In this document: positions 38,943 to 53,000 of the stretch, piece by piece
How the letters are laid out: every line of letters starts with the position of its first letter
Position numbering within the stretch: position 1 is the stretch's first letter
NCBI GenBank assembly: GCA_036172245.1
Contig: JAYWIR010000024.1
Span: forward strand, 620,001-684,000
Direction: 5' to 3'
Source of the DNA: Raillietiella orientalis
Lineage: Eukaryota
DNA length: 64,000 nt
Translations under genes and position numbers: made by a program
The notes under the pieces: generated by a model
What the model saw: only the letters and a program-made list of their open reading frames with translations
Told to the model about the DNA's origin: nothing
Database searches by the model: none

Positions 38943-40653
38943 ACGGGAACCTCGAGGGGGGGGACGTATTTCCGAGAGCAGAGCGAACGATCCCCGCGCC
39001 TGCGCGGCTGGCGAGAGAGGGCGCCGACCGGAATCCGCAGAGCACGGCCACCGCCTCGTTGTCGGATCAAAAAGGAGACACTCCAGGTGGGAAGGGCTGC
39101 CAGTCGCTTCCCGGGGATCACCAAACCACCTGGAAGAAGCTGCGAAAGAGACTCCAGAGACAATCTTTCTCGAAGCGTTCCCACCACCTGCGCCAGCAGG
39201 ACTTCAGTGGCTGCGGACTGCCATCCTCAAGAGTTTTTCGCGTCCGGCGGAGGAAGAGTACTAGACAAAAGCAGGAGGATGCTCTCCCCTTCTCCTCCCC
39301 TTCCCTTCGTGCGGTCTCTACTGAGGAAGGTCCCTCCGGACGTAAGCTATTCCAGCTCGTTTTCCGGGCCGGTGCGGCAGCGACGGACGCACACTCGGTG
39401 GGCGCGGAGGAAGGAGGGGTCGTGGGACGGGCTGTCGTCGTCGTGGTTTTCGGGCAGGAAGAGGGCGGCGGAAGAGAAGTGATGGGCGACGCCCCCGCCG
39501 ACAGAGGGAGGCGGCGGAAAGGTGGCTTCTCCCTGGGAATGGCAGCGAGGGGAGGGAGGGGAGAGGAACAGCGCCCACCCTTATTTCCAGCGACGGATCC
39601 CCTTCCACTGGTCCTCCGCTCCGCGTGGCTTCCGGCCAATGATGTGGTCTGTCCGGCAGGCTCCGACCTTTGCTGGAGAGCAGCATCGCCGCCCGTTCCG
39701 CTGTCTTGAGACATCGCCGGTGGTCTGCCGACGAACCGAAAAGGGCGGTCCTCAGATCCCCCCCTCTCCCGTGGCTGGAAGACCGCTGCTCGTCCCAGAA
39801 GAAAGTGACTACCCTCCTTGGATGCTGGTGATTTATGCGCCAGGGTCGGCGTCCCACTTGGGGAAGGAAATCAAGTGCACGCCATCCTTCGGCCGCTTCT
39901 TCCTACTTGCCGCCTTGCAAAAAACAGGTGCGAAAATCTTTTCGCCGACGATGCTGGGCTCCCCCGTCGGGAGGAAGGCACGGGAACGAGCGGCGCACAC
40001 AAAGGGGAAGGATGCATTCGGCGCCGAGGCACTCTGTCGACGGGGACAGGGGAGGAGAGGACTGCCGCCGTCGCCCGTACGGTGGCTAGCGGGAACCGCG
40101 ACCTGCTTTCGGGCTTCCTGCGCTCCCCTTCGGAAGGCGGGGCATCCCTCGCGAAACGAAGGCATCCCCCGTCCCTTTCGCGTCCCGGAGGAGGCCCGCG
40201 GCAATCCGACGCGCACTCCTCTTCTTTCTGACCAGAGGAGCGCAATCGAGGCGCTCGGGGTCACCGCAAATCGTGGACAAGCATGGAAGGTCACAGTTCC
40301 CACCCCTCACATCAGACCTGGAGAGCCGCCGTGCATAGTGAGGAAAGAGTGGGGGGGGGGGGAACCTCGCTGGTGCGCGCACAGGGGAGGGAGCGTCGTG
40401 CCGCAGAGACTTTCTAGGAAGCACCCAGCTCTTCCTCTTCCTCGTCCTCCCCAAAGGATGGTCCCCTTGTGGAAGGCCCGCCCTTCAGAGAAATTTCCCG
40501 ACGAGAAGGTCGAAAGGGGAAAGAACGGAGTGGGGACGGAGAATGCCTGCCCCTCTTGCAGACGTTCCCGGCAGCAGTTCGCTGACGAAAAAAGGAAGAA
40601 AAAAAATGGGAGGGGGGAAGTGGGACGAAGAGAAGTGCCGTCCTCCCCACGCA

Positions 40654-40905
40654 CCTTTGGAGTCAGCACCGGAAGAGGGAACGGGGAACGACCCATTCCT
40701 CTTCTCCCTACACGCATCTTTTCCCACAGTCCTTCCGCTTCGCGGAGGCGCATCCTCCCTCCCCCTTTTCCCTACTAAAGAGCCGGTCGCGCAGCCGTCC
40801 GCGGATCTACAAGCAGGGAGTTGCAGGTGGGGAGATGGTGGCAAGAAGAGTTCAGAGGGGGTGCCACTTCCTGAGCGAACGATGGCAGCAGCGCCTCTCC
40901 CGACG
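40654..40905 (+). repeat. Dispersed direct repeat B, copy 2 (diverged)
   Basis: Matches 38718-38942 with substitutions and indels. Confidence 0.85.
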
Positions 40906-43900
40906 CAACGTCCACTCCTTGTGAAACACACATGGTCGTCGCCAACAGTCACGGCGATGCCCCCCACAGTCATCTGCAGGGAACTGGGGAGAGAAGACCT
41001 CCCTGCGGAGGAAGGCAAAAAAAAAAAAAAAAGGCGGGAATACCTGCTGCCTACCAGCAGCAGGACGGCGCCATCGCAGCGGGAGAGATAGGTGTGCCGC
41101 TACAGGTTTTTTTCCATCCCTACCCTCGATGCCTGCCTACCCTGCCTGGGGCAGCAAGGAAGCCAGCGAGTTACCGCAATCTTGTCTGGATGACGGCGAG
41201 GCAGCGCCAACAGGAAGGGTCAGCCTCCATGGCAAACCTCACCAGGCGGGCCGAGGAAAGCTAAAATGGAGCGACATGGAGTGCTGCCTCCCCTTCCCCC
41301 AAGGAGACGGGGTGGGTTGAAGGCAGCCGCACTCCCATCCCTCCTGCGCCGAGCTGTGTTGCTCGAGAAACGGGCGACTGGCTCTTCCGCGCAAGGTCCT
41401 TTATTGGATTCGGCGAGTGGTACAGCACCTGGACGCCTCTCCCTCTGTCAGGCGGGAGCCACGTCCCATTCCTTCTCCATCAAGCGCATCTTTCGCACCT
41501 GGCACTCTGGACCGCCGAAGAATGGACGCCTCCGCCGCCGTGGGCTTCGTCGCTGCGGGACTGCTGTTGCGCCTCCAGGGCGGACAGCCTGCGCTGAAGC
41601 TGGGGGGCAGAAGAGCAATGAATGGGCGATCCGAAAATGCAAGGGGGGCTCTCTCCCCCCACACACTCCTTGCCCTCGCACTTCCCAGGCGAGGATTCCT
41701 CCCACATCCCCCCGGCTGCGAGTCCCTTTCGCTGGTCCCCACACCCACCATTCCCCTCCCTCCTGCTCGCGCTGCCCAACCCCACAGCAAGGACATCGCG
41801 AATGCTTCGGTCCGTCGTCCACTGACCTCCGCATTCCTCCTAAAAGCACTGCACCTTAGTTCTGCTCCTGCCGAGGCTGGATGGGCAGACGTCTCGTCGG
41901 CCAACCAATCCCACGCACGAGGAGAGGATGGACAAGAGAGTGGCGAGGGAGCAGGAGAGCATCCCTCCCCCACATTCCTGTCCTGACCCGGAGCACAAGA
42001 GGAGCAGCAGCACCGAACGAAAAAACGGCGCGCGCACCCTCCTCAAGTCGCTAGCAGGTGCGTGGGCCCTCGCATGCGGGGCGAAACGTAGGGCAACGTC
42101 GCCAGCGGAGGAGGCGAGAAGGAAGAGCAGAGGGGAGCAACCGAAAATGGGAGCAGGACAGAATTCCCCTCCTTCTCTACTCCCCACCACCTCTCCTCCC
42201 ATGGACTTGCGCGGTTGCTGTCCCTCGGACCTCGGAGGAGGATGCTGCCCCTGCCCGTCTTCCGCCAGAATTCTTCGTTGAGACGACGAGGGAGAGCCGA
42301 TACGCCCGTCCCTCTTCTCCCCGGAGCAATAGGGAGGCAGGAAGGGGGGAACTGTTGAGGTGGGATGGCAGGCAGGCAGGCAGACGGTGGACAGATAACT
42401 CCGCATCCACCTCCGCACGCACGACATTCGACTTCGGAGGAGCTTCCTTCACTGTCTGCCCCGGGTCGCTGGGAGAACACAGGCTTCCTGATCGCAGGTC
42501 GCGCGCGCCATCGCGGGCCGGCGCCCTTTTTTTTTTCGTCACTCTGTCTTTTCCTATCCATTCATGCCACCGCACGCACCGGCGCTCCGGAAACGGTCGG
42601 TCGCGGTCCTGCCAGTCGCTCCGGGCACACGTCCGACGCGAATTCCGCCCCCTCCGTTGCCCGCGAAGAGAAGAGCCAGCAGCAGCAATAACAATGGGAC
42701 GGTCCAGGTCTCCCTCCGTGCGCAACACGGACTTTACGGCACCAAACGAGCCGGGAAATGCAGGAAAGCAATTTTTGCAGGAGGAGGGGGAGCCGGAGAA
42801 GTCATTTCGGAGCCCGACGAGCCAGCACCTCAGCTCACAAGCAAATTTGTTTACAAACGGCAAAACCCAAGAACGGAAAGAACAGGAAACCAGAAAAAAG
42901 AAAACGAGGAGGAGGAGGAAGACGGGACTGGCCGAAGATACAGCGGCTTCCAATGAGAACAGAGCAGGAGCTCCTTTCTTTTTCCTACAATATTCCAAAT
43001 CCGACGTCTATCCGAAGTGACAAATGGAACGAAGTGGAGGAGGAGGAGGGGGCAAAGCAAGAATTCTCTTCCGCACGTGACCCCGAAGCGACCAATCGAG
43101 TGCACTCGCCGCATTCAAAACACGGTATTTGCTGTTTACGGAAGAAAGAACAACGCGCAAGTTGTCCGGCGCCTCCCGAACAAAGACGTTCCTGGATTCT
43201 AGAAATGCCAGGAAATAACCGCAGCAATAGCTGCGACAGAAGTGGTAGCAGAAAAGCAGCGGGGAAAAAAAAAAAAAAAAAAAAAAGGCGCTAATGCAAA
43301 CGTCCAAATACACGCTTTGAGCTGCTGCCAGTTTGTACCTGGCAAAAGAAGACGTGCCCCAAGACAACAGCGAAATCCGCGAGACGCAGCTTCGCAGCCC
43401 CCACCACCTGCTACTTTGCGGAGACGTTACCAGGGAACCGCGCAGGCTCTGCCTACGCAAACGTTCCTCCTTGTTTGCCACCGAACTCCGGTGTGGGACC
43501 GCACTGGTATCACCCACGCAAAAACCTGACAGCATGAATGCGCTGCTGCTGATGCTGCTTGCTCCGAGGAAACAACGCGGAGAACAGAACAGAAAAAAAA
43601 AAAAAAAAAAAAAAACTGCCGCTGCCGCCACACTTAATTGGCGCCACGCATCAGCGAGTTGGATCATTTCCCGCCGACGACCCCCATATGAACGAGCGAA
43701 GAGGCGCCGAAAGGACCACCAACAACAAAGAAACTGCTTCCGGTATCAACAAAGTAACTGCTTCCGCGTGCTTTCTTCCCCCCTCCCCCCCCCCGCAACC
43801 CTTACGAATTCCTCCTCCGAAAGGGAAGCGACATGCCGACGCCAAGAAACTTGGCAAAGCGTGGTCCGGTGAAAGCAAGCAGGGGGAGCTGCGTTTGCTG

Positions 43901-44471
43901 AGAACAGATCGAAGACTGGAGCGGTGGCGGCAGGAGTGCAACAAGCAAAAAAGAGGAGGAGAGGCGCCCCGACCGAGGGCTCTGTTCCGGAGAACAGGCA
44001 GATTTTGCGAAGATAGGCGCCCGGCTCGTGACACAGGCGATGCCCCATCAATCACCGCTGGTCGATCGGCACCGGCAAAAAGGCATCCTCGAGTGACCTC
44101 GCGCGCTGTGCAGCCATCGCATTCCCGGGCTCTTCTTATCAAACACCGGCTTGTTGCCATCCGTCTGCCTAAAGGAAAAGGAGAGGCTGCACTATTAACG
44201 CTAGCGCAAACGTTCTTCGAAGGTCTAAATTATTCCCAAAGATGACTGGTCGACCTCCGTTGTCGGAGATTCCAAAGCGCATCGCTGAACAAAGAACAGA
44301 AAGCGTCCATAAGATCCTTCGGGCACAAAGCAGCACTTAAGATCTTTTGAGCGTCCAGCCATAAATCCTGAGGATGAATCTGAAGGTTTCCCAGGATAAC
44401 ACCTCTCGCGGTTGCTCCAGGAAGCAGCCACAGCACTTGGAGCACTCCCTCGAAGACAAAGCAAAACGAAA

Positions 44472-44502
44472 AAACAAACAAACAAACAAACAAACAACAA
44501 AC
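44472..44502. repeat. (AAAC)n microsatellite
   Basis: Seen directly. Confidence 0.9.
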
Positions 44503-45250
44503 GAGATCGAAATGGAGAAAGCGAAAACAGAAGCGCCAGGAATGACCATCCTCCACGGGAATTCCTGTTCACCAAAGGATTCCCTGTTCGTCATCTCGAA
44601 GTTATCGCGCGCCCCTTTCTGAAAGATAGCAAGAACGAAAAGTGATGAAGAAGGCGACTTCCGCAACACCGGCTTCGAGGTGGGGAGGCGAAAATCGTCT
44701 GGAAATTCGCAGGCACTTGGGAATCGCTCGAAATCTGGAGAGGATGCGCGCGCGCAGATCCGCACGGCGGAGGGAAATGGGAGTCACGGAGTGGTGGCGT
44801 TCAGATCGTACCGCGGCGGTAGAAGAGCCATCACCACGACCGAGATGGACCCACCCTCCTTGCCGTCTCTCCCCATCGTCGCGAATTCAGGAGGCGCGCG
44901 CGCAGCAAGCGAGCGAGAGATAGAGACGGGGGGGGGGGAGGCTGGCTGGCTGCCAGTCAAGAACCCGTGGCATCCTGGAAGTGGCTCCTGAAACATTTTC
45001 GTTGTCAAAGCGCACCCGGGGCAGCATAACGATCGGCGCGTGTTTGCTTCATCTCTTTTTGAATTCATTCCATCCGTCCGTCCGTCCCCCCCCCCCCCCC
45101 CTCCACCCTTACCGTCGAAGTTCGCAACTCGTTGTTAAAATGCTCCGGGGAGGCACGTTTTCGACAAACTTGCGAGCGTCCTTTCACTCCCAGTACGCGG
45201 TCCCACGCCGCACGTCAGCGCATCTCGGGCGATGGGCACGATGAACTCAC

Positions 45251-45427
45251 CTTGAAGTTTTCGACTTCGAGCTCGTTGAGACGATTCCTCAGACACTCTT
45301 GGCTCAAATGCAGGTCGTAGTTGTACTCTTTGCTGTATTGCAAATCTTCCTTCAACAGATCCCTCTCATTCGATACCGCTTTCAAACGAGCTTCTATTTC
45401 CGTGACCATGTTTTTAAAGCTGTCCAG
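45251..45427 (-). CDS. CEP135: CEP135-like exon
   Basis: LDSFKNMVTEIEARLKAVSNERDLLKEDLQYSKE...ENFK; acceptor cttccag, donor gtgagt. Confidence 0.8.
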
Positions 45428-46517
45428 CTGGAAGAGAGAAAACGACGCGATGACGAACCAGAAAGGTGCGTTACTCCTGCGGGAGCGCGTCGAGATGGAC
45501 GAGTGCAAAGCCAACGGCACCACCGTTTACATCCAGCAACGCCCCTGCAGCACAAGCCTTTCTCCGGCCCATGCTAACCATCTGAGGTGATTAAGCTCGA
45601 AAGAACATGCGACAACCCACCACCAACCAACAAACAAAAAGCATCCGAAATATTCGCGGGTGAGCAAACGTTAACGGGAAGGGATGCGAGACGGTAAGTC
45701 GCTTGAAATATGTTAAGGGCCAAAGAGATGCCACGCCCTCGATTAAGCACCTGCCATACGCCGCCGAGCGCAAGTCAACAGGGCATGGGTGAGGGTAGGG
45801 AGCAAGGAACGGACAAGTCACCACCTCACGGCATTCTGCGCAAAGGCGATGCGACCCCCCCTCCCCTCCCCCCCTTTGCTGCCACAAGGATGAAAGATAC
45901 CTCATCGTGTAAGAGCCTCGTGGACTCCAAGTTGTCGGATATCTCTCTGTCTTGCACGGATATCGTGTGGAATGCGTGGTTGAGTTTTTCATCCTTTTCT
46001 TCGAGTTGCGTCTTCAACTGCTCGAAGTTTTCGGAGAGAAGCTCCTTTTCCGTGATCACGTTGGTGGTCTCGAGGTTCAGATTCTTGTAATCTTCGAGCA
46101 GCTGCTTCCTATCAGCTTCCTGTGGAAGTGTGTCACAAGAGGAATGAGAAAGGCCAACCCTACCCTGAAGGTAATCAGGTCTTCGAATTTTTTGATTTTG
46201 GCACAGTATTCCTGGATTTTCAATTTCAGGTTCTCGTTCGAGGCCCTGGCTTCCTCCAGCTCCTCGCTGACGCAGGAAAAGTCGCCCATCATTTTGCAAA
46301 GCTCTCCTTGCAAGGAGCTGAAAACGCGTCCGAACATCCCGAGAGCTGTATTTACAGATCTCAACAAACGTGATTTTGTGCTGGTAGGCAACGTTGTCCT
46401 GTCTCACATTTTCCAAGTCGACTTCCCTTTTCGTGAGCATTTGCTTCAGACAAATAAGTTCTTGCTGTTTCTCGGACAACTGGACCAGAGACTGCCTAAA
46501 ACGAAAGAAAACACACA

Positions 46518-46553
<36 letters not shown>

Positions 46554-47015
46554 CGTTACTTTCATAGATGCACTCGGTCACGATCCGCCACAGACATACA
46601 GCAAAAATAATGGGAAACTTCATTCGCTTTTACATGTCGTTATTTTCTGCAATCTGTGTCGCTGGAAGCGCAAGAGCAAGGAGGCTGTTCGTACCGCACA
46701 ACACCGGAAAGGATAACACGTGACGTGGAAACACACGGAAGCAACGACTTCGGCTTGTGTTTTCATTCACGTCTTCCGGGGGAGGGGGGTCCCTGAGAAA
46801 GACACGAGCATCCCAACCCATTAATCCCATCACCACCACTCGTTAAAACGGTATGCGGCCCAAGGTGGCAGTACCCCGAACCGATAATTAATGAAACGTT
46901 TCTCCAGACACTGCTGCCATCAATTAGCGTTGATGATGGAATTGTGGTGCCCCAGCAATATTTCCTATGATAGCACCGTGGAGAATGTTAACGAGATCCT
47001 GATACACACCACTTG

Positions 47016-47050
<35 letters not shown>

Positions 47051-50000
47051 TAAAAAGAAAAGAAAAGAAAAAAGAATCGGCTATCGTAGAGTGGCACACG
47101 AAAGGGGCAAAAATTCAAAACACGGTGATCATACTCCCAGGCCCTTTGTGGAACATCAAATGGAAAATGCAAAATTATCGTAACCACGAAGGACTTGTTT
47201 AAATCATTTTACCGAAATTACGATTTCGATCATTAATGATTTGCAAGTGTCTTGACTTTTGATTGGTTTCCGAATAAAAAGAGAATGACCTTCGCAATTA
47301 CGTGAAATCAGCCCGTACCGCAGTAACGAGCAGCGGACGAAAACACGTTGCTTCGCACCGACTTCCGATTTCGCAGTGCACGAGGATCGAACACTGTGGC
47401 CGTCGGAATCAGGAATTCCTCAAGCGACTTTGCGTAGGAAAAAAATAAAAAAATACTTTGCAAGACATCTGAGACGCCGGTGGGAAAGCTCAGGAATTCG
47501 AACGGCCGCGCTACAGAAAGCCAACTCCGCAGATCGGCGATTGCTGCTGCTACCGTCTGCTGTTGGCCAACTTTTGCTTTCCGCCGCCCGGTCCGTCCGC
47601 CGCGTGCCTCGAGTTGCCTGCATTCCAGTGCACAATCGCGGGACTTCCGAAGGACTCTTCCGGACTTGCAGCAGCAGGGAAGAGAGCCCCCCGCGAGAGC
47701 ACACCCGGCTGGAGAGACTGCAGGTCGCACGAGCGTGGGGTCTCCTCCTCCTCTTCCCCCGACGAACCGACCGAACCCTCTAAATTAGAACGTCTTCCTG
47801 CCGGGAGCATGCCGTTCGTGCCGGTGTCTACCTCTACCTCGTGTCTCGGAATCTCTGAGAGAGTTTTCAACCCCTTCTCCCGGACGGAAACCGAGGGGAA
47901 AACAACGCGCTGCCGTCGCCGTGACACACAAGCAGTTCACAGCTGTTTACTGCATGTGACCGCCAACCGCAGCTCTTTTCCGCAAGAGTGCTGCTGCTCA
48001 CTCGAATTCATGCCGGACATACCGGACTCGGTGCATCAATTAAAAAGAACACGTTGGATGTAATGCATTCTCTTAACCTGAATCTCGAATTGATTGGCAC
48101 GTGATTTGTCCGTCTCTTCCACTCTCTTTCCACGAACCATTCTCCAAGACTGTCTTCTGCAAAAGCCGGGAAGGCCAAGTGTCACTTTCGATAAATCGTT
48201 GGGAACATTCCTCAGGTAATTCAACTTTCCCATCAGATGTCTTGATGAAAAAGTTCCTGTGTCATTTTCGAGTTGACCCTGACAAGACGTGTAATCGCAC
48301 CACTTCGTTCCCCTTAACTTAATTGTCAATTTACAACTACCATGCCCCTGAAAATTCAAATCGCTCGGTAATCAACCGCCCTACCCCGTCCTTGCTTGGT
48401 ACATTCATGGTCGCGTCTTCATCTTCCTGCTAGACGCACTTCCTTACGTTGCAAAATTTCGTAAACATTGTGTGCGCGCACACGGATGATGGACACGGAG
48501 CTGTGACGCATTGAAAAATCCTCTTCAAGAGTCGCTCAAACCGGAAGACATCTTGAAAGGAGGGAACACGACTTGGAATCAGACACCTTCAGAGTAATTC
48601 CGAGTAAACAGTAATTCAAACTTGGTTTGGGCTTTAGTAAGGAAGTAAAAGCGTTCTCCTTAAACCTTACTTCTTCTTCCTCCTCGTCATTATTAGACAA
48701 CGGACCTGATGTATTAATAATAATAATAATAATAACGTATCAGACACAGTACAACTGTTCATCTGTTGTTTCGATAGTTCACGGGCAAGTTGGGCAAGTA
48801 ATCAAACGAGAATTCGATTCCTTTGCGAATATTTGCCCATCGATTCACAAAGATTCACAACGCATGGCTAACCAAGTGCTACTTGGGTTTACTTGCTTCA
48901 AGCCTGGAGTGTTCTTTTTCAAAACTTCATTTGCAGCATCGCGGATTTACAACTGCCATAGGTACAGCAGGAAGATGGAAATGCGACCACGAATGCACGA
49001 GGCAAGGACGGGAGAGGGCGGTTGACCACCGGACGACTTAAACTGATTTCCTCCCTTTTGAAAAATCACATTCGCGACCTCCTCTTTCATAACATCCTAA
49101 CATCCATTTACTACGCGTGCACGAGTTGATTTTGCTCTCCTTTCCTTAATCACTTGGATGCCACATCTCTCATTAATCGATGTGGCCTCAGAGACTTGAT
49201 CCCATCAACTTTCCATTTCAATTACTGATATGATTCAGCAGATCCAGATGAATGATGATTCGATCCATTTTTCCAATAAGACTTGACGTTTGCTTTTAGG
49301 CATCCGCTATGACTCCAAAGGATGCGCGATCCAGCCAGCTTAGAGTGAGGATGGATTTCATTCACAGTGATCGCTGATTATCTGAATTTTGGACAAATAC
49401 TTTGCAGATGTTTTCCATACGGTCACGGCAGTCCATGCAATTATCGTCTTCTAATTATAATTACATGGTTTTTCCTTCTTGTCAAGAATTCTTCCCCCCA
49501 ATTCATTTCCGATTGCACTCTTGATCCGCTGCTGTGTGAAAGATTTCCGACATCATGACCGACGTTCAGCCTGCTTTCTGATGGACAATGGCTCCACTTC
49601 TTAAATGATTCTGCATGCTCTTGAATAAATGCAAATTTTGAAAGCATCTGCACCAAGTCCATTCCCCCTTAGAGTTGTAAAACACCTTTCTGAGAATGGC
49701 ATTGTGAATGTGCCGGAAGAACAAACTGCTCCCCGTTAACTGGAATCCCGACTGCCGTAGATGCATCTACATTGCCACAGTGGCAAAAAAATCAAATCGC
49801 AAAATTGTCTTTGTTGCTCATCTTCTGCAGATTATGAAGTTCGTGCACTAAGTAATGATATATTCACACATATTTGTGCTCTTATTGATTTACATTCTAG
49901 GGAATATGCAGCGCACCGAACACTTACAACACGTGGTTTCCAATTCCACTTTTGATTTTCTAATGAGCCAACAAGCTATAAATAAGCATAAGAAAGTAAT

Positions 50001-53000
50001 TATGCTCTAGTTTCCAAGTTTTTTGAATGCCTTTATCTTTCCTCTTTTTCATGCTTTCTGTGCACCTGCTAATCACGGTTTTCTTCTTCGTCGTCGTTCC
50101 ATTCTCACTCGTAAAAAAGCTTGGATGAATGTTCTTTTGTGTACATTTCAAAACTCTGGGATCTTATCTCCCTTTTTCTGAGAACCTTTCCGTATTCATC
50201 TCTCCTCAATAAGCGAATCCTATGGAATCTAAAGCTACAGTTTGATGGGGCTTTGCATCTCCGAACATGTTCAACAGAAAATACTGTGTTTCATCCTATA
50301 GAATATACGCTGTTTATGTATGCTGGATGCAAGATTATTCCAACGATTTTCACATTCATTCATTAGGGTTTTTGTAGATGTTATGGTTTAGTAAAATATT
50401 TATTCAAATAGGACCAATACTATAGTTTCACTCTGCCGAAATAAAGTGGTGGTGTAGTTATGACACAAGATTCACGGATATATCGTAATTGTAAATGTGG
50501 ATCCTAAATGAGTTTTCGAATAAGCCTTAACAGCGTCTAATGCAGATACTTTAAACACACACTCTTAGAATTTTCGAGATGAATTACTTACTCTAATGAT
50601 TTATTCGTATGACATGCAGCAGTTTCCAATGATGAAATTCTACTCTCTTGTAGAGAACATTTTTCCTTCAACTCAAAGAGCTCCTCAGACTGCTGATCAT
50701 GTGCCATCTACAAATAAAATAAAAATGATAAACATGATCATAAGTATAATCATGAGCATGATAAACATATAATTACTCTATAAAAAGCTTTAACCTCGGA
50801 GAGTCTTTAAAAAGAAAATTATCTGTTGCAAACATACATAAGAATAAGACACAAAAGAATACATGTAAGCACACAAGCATCATGAGAATCATGCTTGTGT
50901 GCTTGTTGAATCTTGCTTACATGTATCATGAGGATACCTACCTGTAGTTTAGCTTTTTTGTTATCAACAAGTTGAACTGCTTCTTCTGATTTCCGTAATT
51001 TCTCCGATAAACGTGCATTTTCCTCTTCTAATTTATGAAAATTCAATTTGGAAGCTGTTATGACGGTTTCCAATTCCTTAATTAAGGCTGATTTTTCCTC
51101 TGTTTCTTTTTTTAAAACCACCCAATCTTTATCAATTTGTGACTGCGTATTCCTTTCAAAGAGAAATAAAGAATTTAAAAACATGTATAACAGCAAAAAG
51201 TCCAAGTGACATGTAATTAGAATGTAACAACCTGTACAACATTCAAAAATTTCGTAGGCAAAAAAATTACCTCTTTTTTTCAAGCTCTTTTTTATTATAA
51301 TTTAATTCTTCTACGACTGATTGCAACTTCTGTTCTAATAAATCTATTTGACTGTCCTTATCCATAATAACAGCTTTGTAATATGATTCTAGAACAAATA
51401 TCTTCATAGATTCTTTCAAGATAATCAATCAACCTATATTTCCTTTTCCATCATCCCCACTTGTTAATCTACAATCATTTCTTGACTTCCCATTTTTAGA
51501 AGTGCTTCTCAGTTTATTTTCTTTATTTGATTGGACTTCACTTTCTAACTGTTTTATTCGTTCTTGGGCAGCAAGTGAAGGGTAGATTTGCCTGTTTTGA
51601 AGCATGGTTTGGATTTCCTCTTTTTCTCTCGCTAAAATTTCCTAAAAATTTGATAATAAACATGTAAATTAAATGAAAATGCATCTGGGCTCCTCAATCT
51701 TCATTTTATGCATATATTTTTGTCCATTTGTCAAAAACAAAAATGAAAAAACCTTCATTTCATTTATCATTTCTTGAAATTGAAATGTAACAACATTGGA
51801 ACTATGGCAGAGACAAAAAGAATGAATTGGTCCATTATGATAATGGTTTTCTGACTTCTTTGTTTTCATGTTGCTACTCATTTTAACTACCAGGCACAAC
51901 ACTTACAAGAATTTAATTAAAATGCAAAACTAATTAAATATTCATTAAATAAAAATGTTGTAGCATTCATGTGCACAAAATTCACTGATTAAATCCACTT
52001 TAACTAAACACTTCCAGACTTTATGATCATAAGGGTCCCACCAAGTCTTTAAACCTCAATGTGTTGTGGTGCAACATATGACTCAATGGATTTTTCTTTG
52101 GGTGGAATTGTTATCTACATACAATTGTTGAAGAAAGTCAACAATGAATAGTCACAAATGCTTGCCAAGTAAACACTGGATAAACAGGCTCCCGATTCAT
52201 TATAAGCAGTTTTATTTGATCTTGCAAAACAATGATTAAAAGATTCAAGTGCAACTGTGAATCAGCATGATATCTGTACTGTGTGTGAAGTTCCTCTTTA
52301 AAATCAAAAGTTTGAACATTCCAGAACAATTTCACAATTTTCTAGATAATTTTGCATTCCTTATAAAAATTATAATGACAAGCATTGCTAAAACTTTCTC
52401 AGCTTCAAAGAATTCTTCTAAAATAAAATAAATAAATAAAATATGCTGTTGAGAGCTGAAATCATTTGATTCAGTTTTTGATGTAATATTATTCACAGTA
52501 CTTGTAATTTGCAGTTATGAAAAACTGAAATTTACAATTACCATTTTACGAGAAAATTTAGTGGATTGTTGTTTTTTACTGGGATTACTGATAGCTTCGA
52601 TTATTGCATTCTACCTGAACATTTCAATTTCAAGATAATGATAACTGCATACATATCCAAGTTAACTTCTATCATGAAACAGCTCTGGTCAAATGTCCAA
52701 TAGACATACAAATGGAATACATAAGAAAACTACATGCCTGTCTGTTGCAAACATAGATTTGCTTACACAAGGAAAATTAAAAGTCTTTCAACAATAATTA
52801 CATATTCAAAGCCAAGAAATGTGTTCAGATGGCATCACCACAGAGTAAATATCGTTTACCTTACTCCTGGAATGCAGCTTCACAAGTGTTTCTTTATTTG
52901 AAGAGCAGCGACTTATGGTGCTCCTTATAGATGTGCCAATTTTTGAATCTGTATGCATTTACTTTAAAATTTCGAAGAAAGTTTTTTTTAGATGAAAAAT

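Noticed and set aside
32854..43020. Many overlapping 200-418-aa ORFs
   Set aside because: Present on all frames with low-complexity composition, no motifs and no coherent splice chain.
43289..43390. 'SSFAR|gt' as Drak exon 1, or VQTGSSSKRVFGRLH* as the last CEP135 exon
   Set aside because: 23904-23998 fits Drak far better. The CEP135 option is phase-compatible but has no other support.
49300..50330. Extra CEP135 exons
   Set aside because: Candidate segments exist but lack homology and unambiguous junctions, so they were left out of the model.
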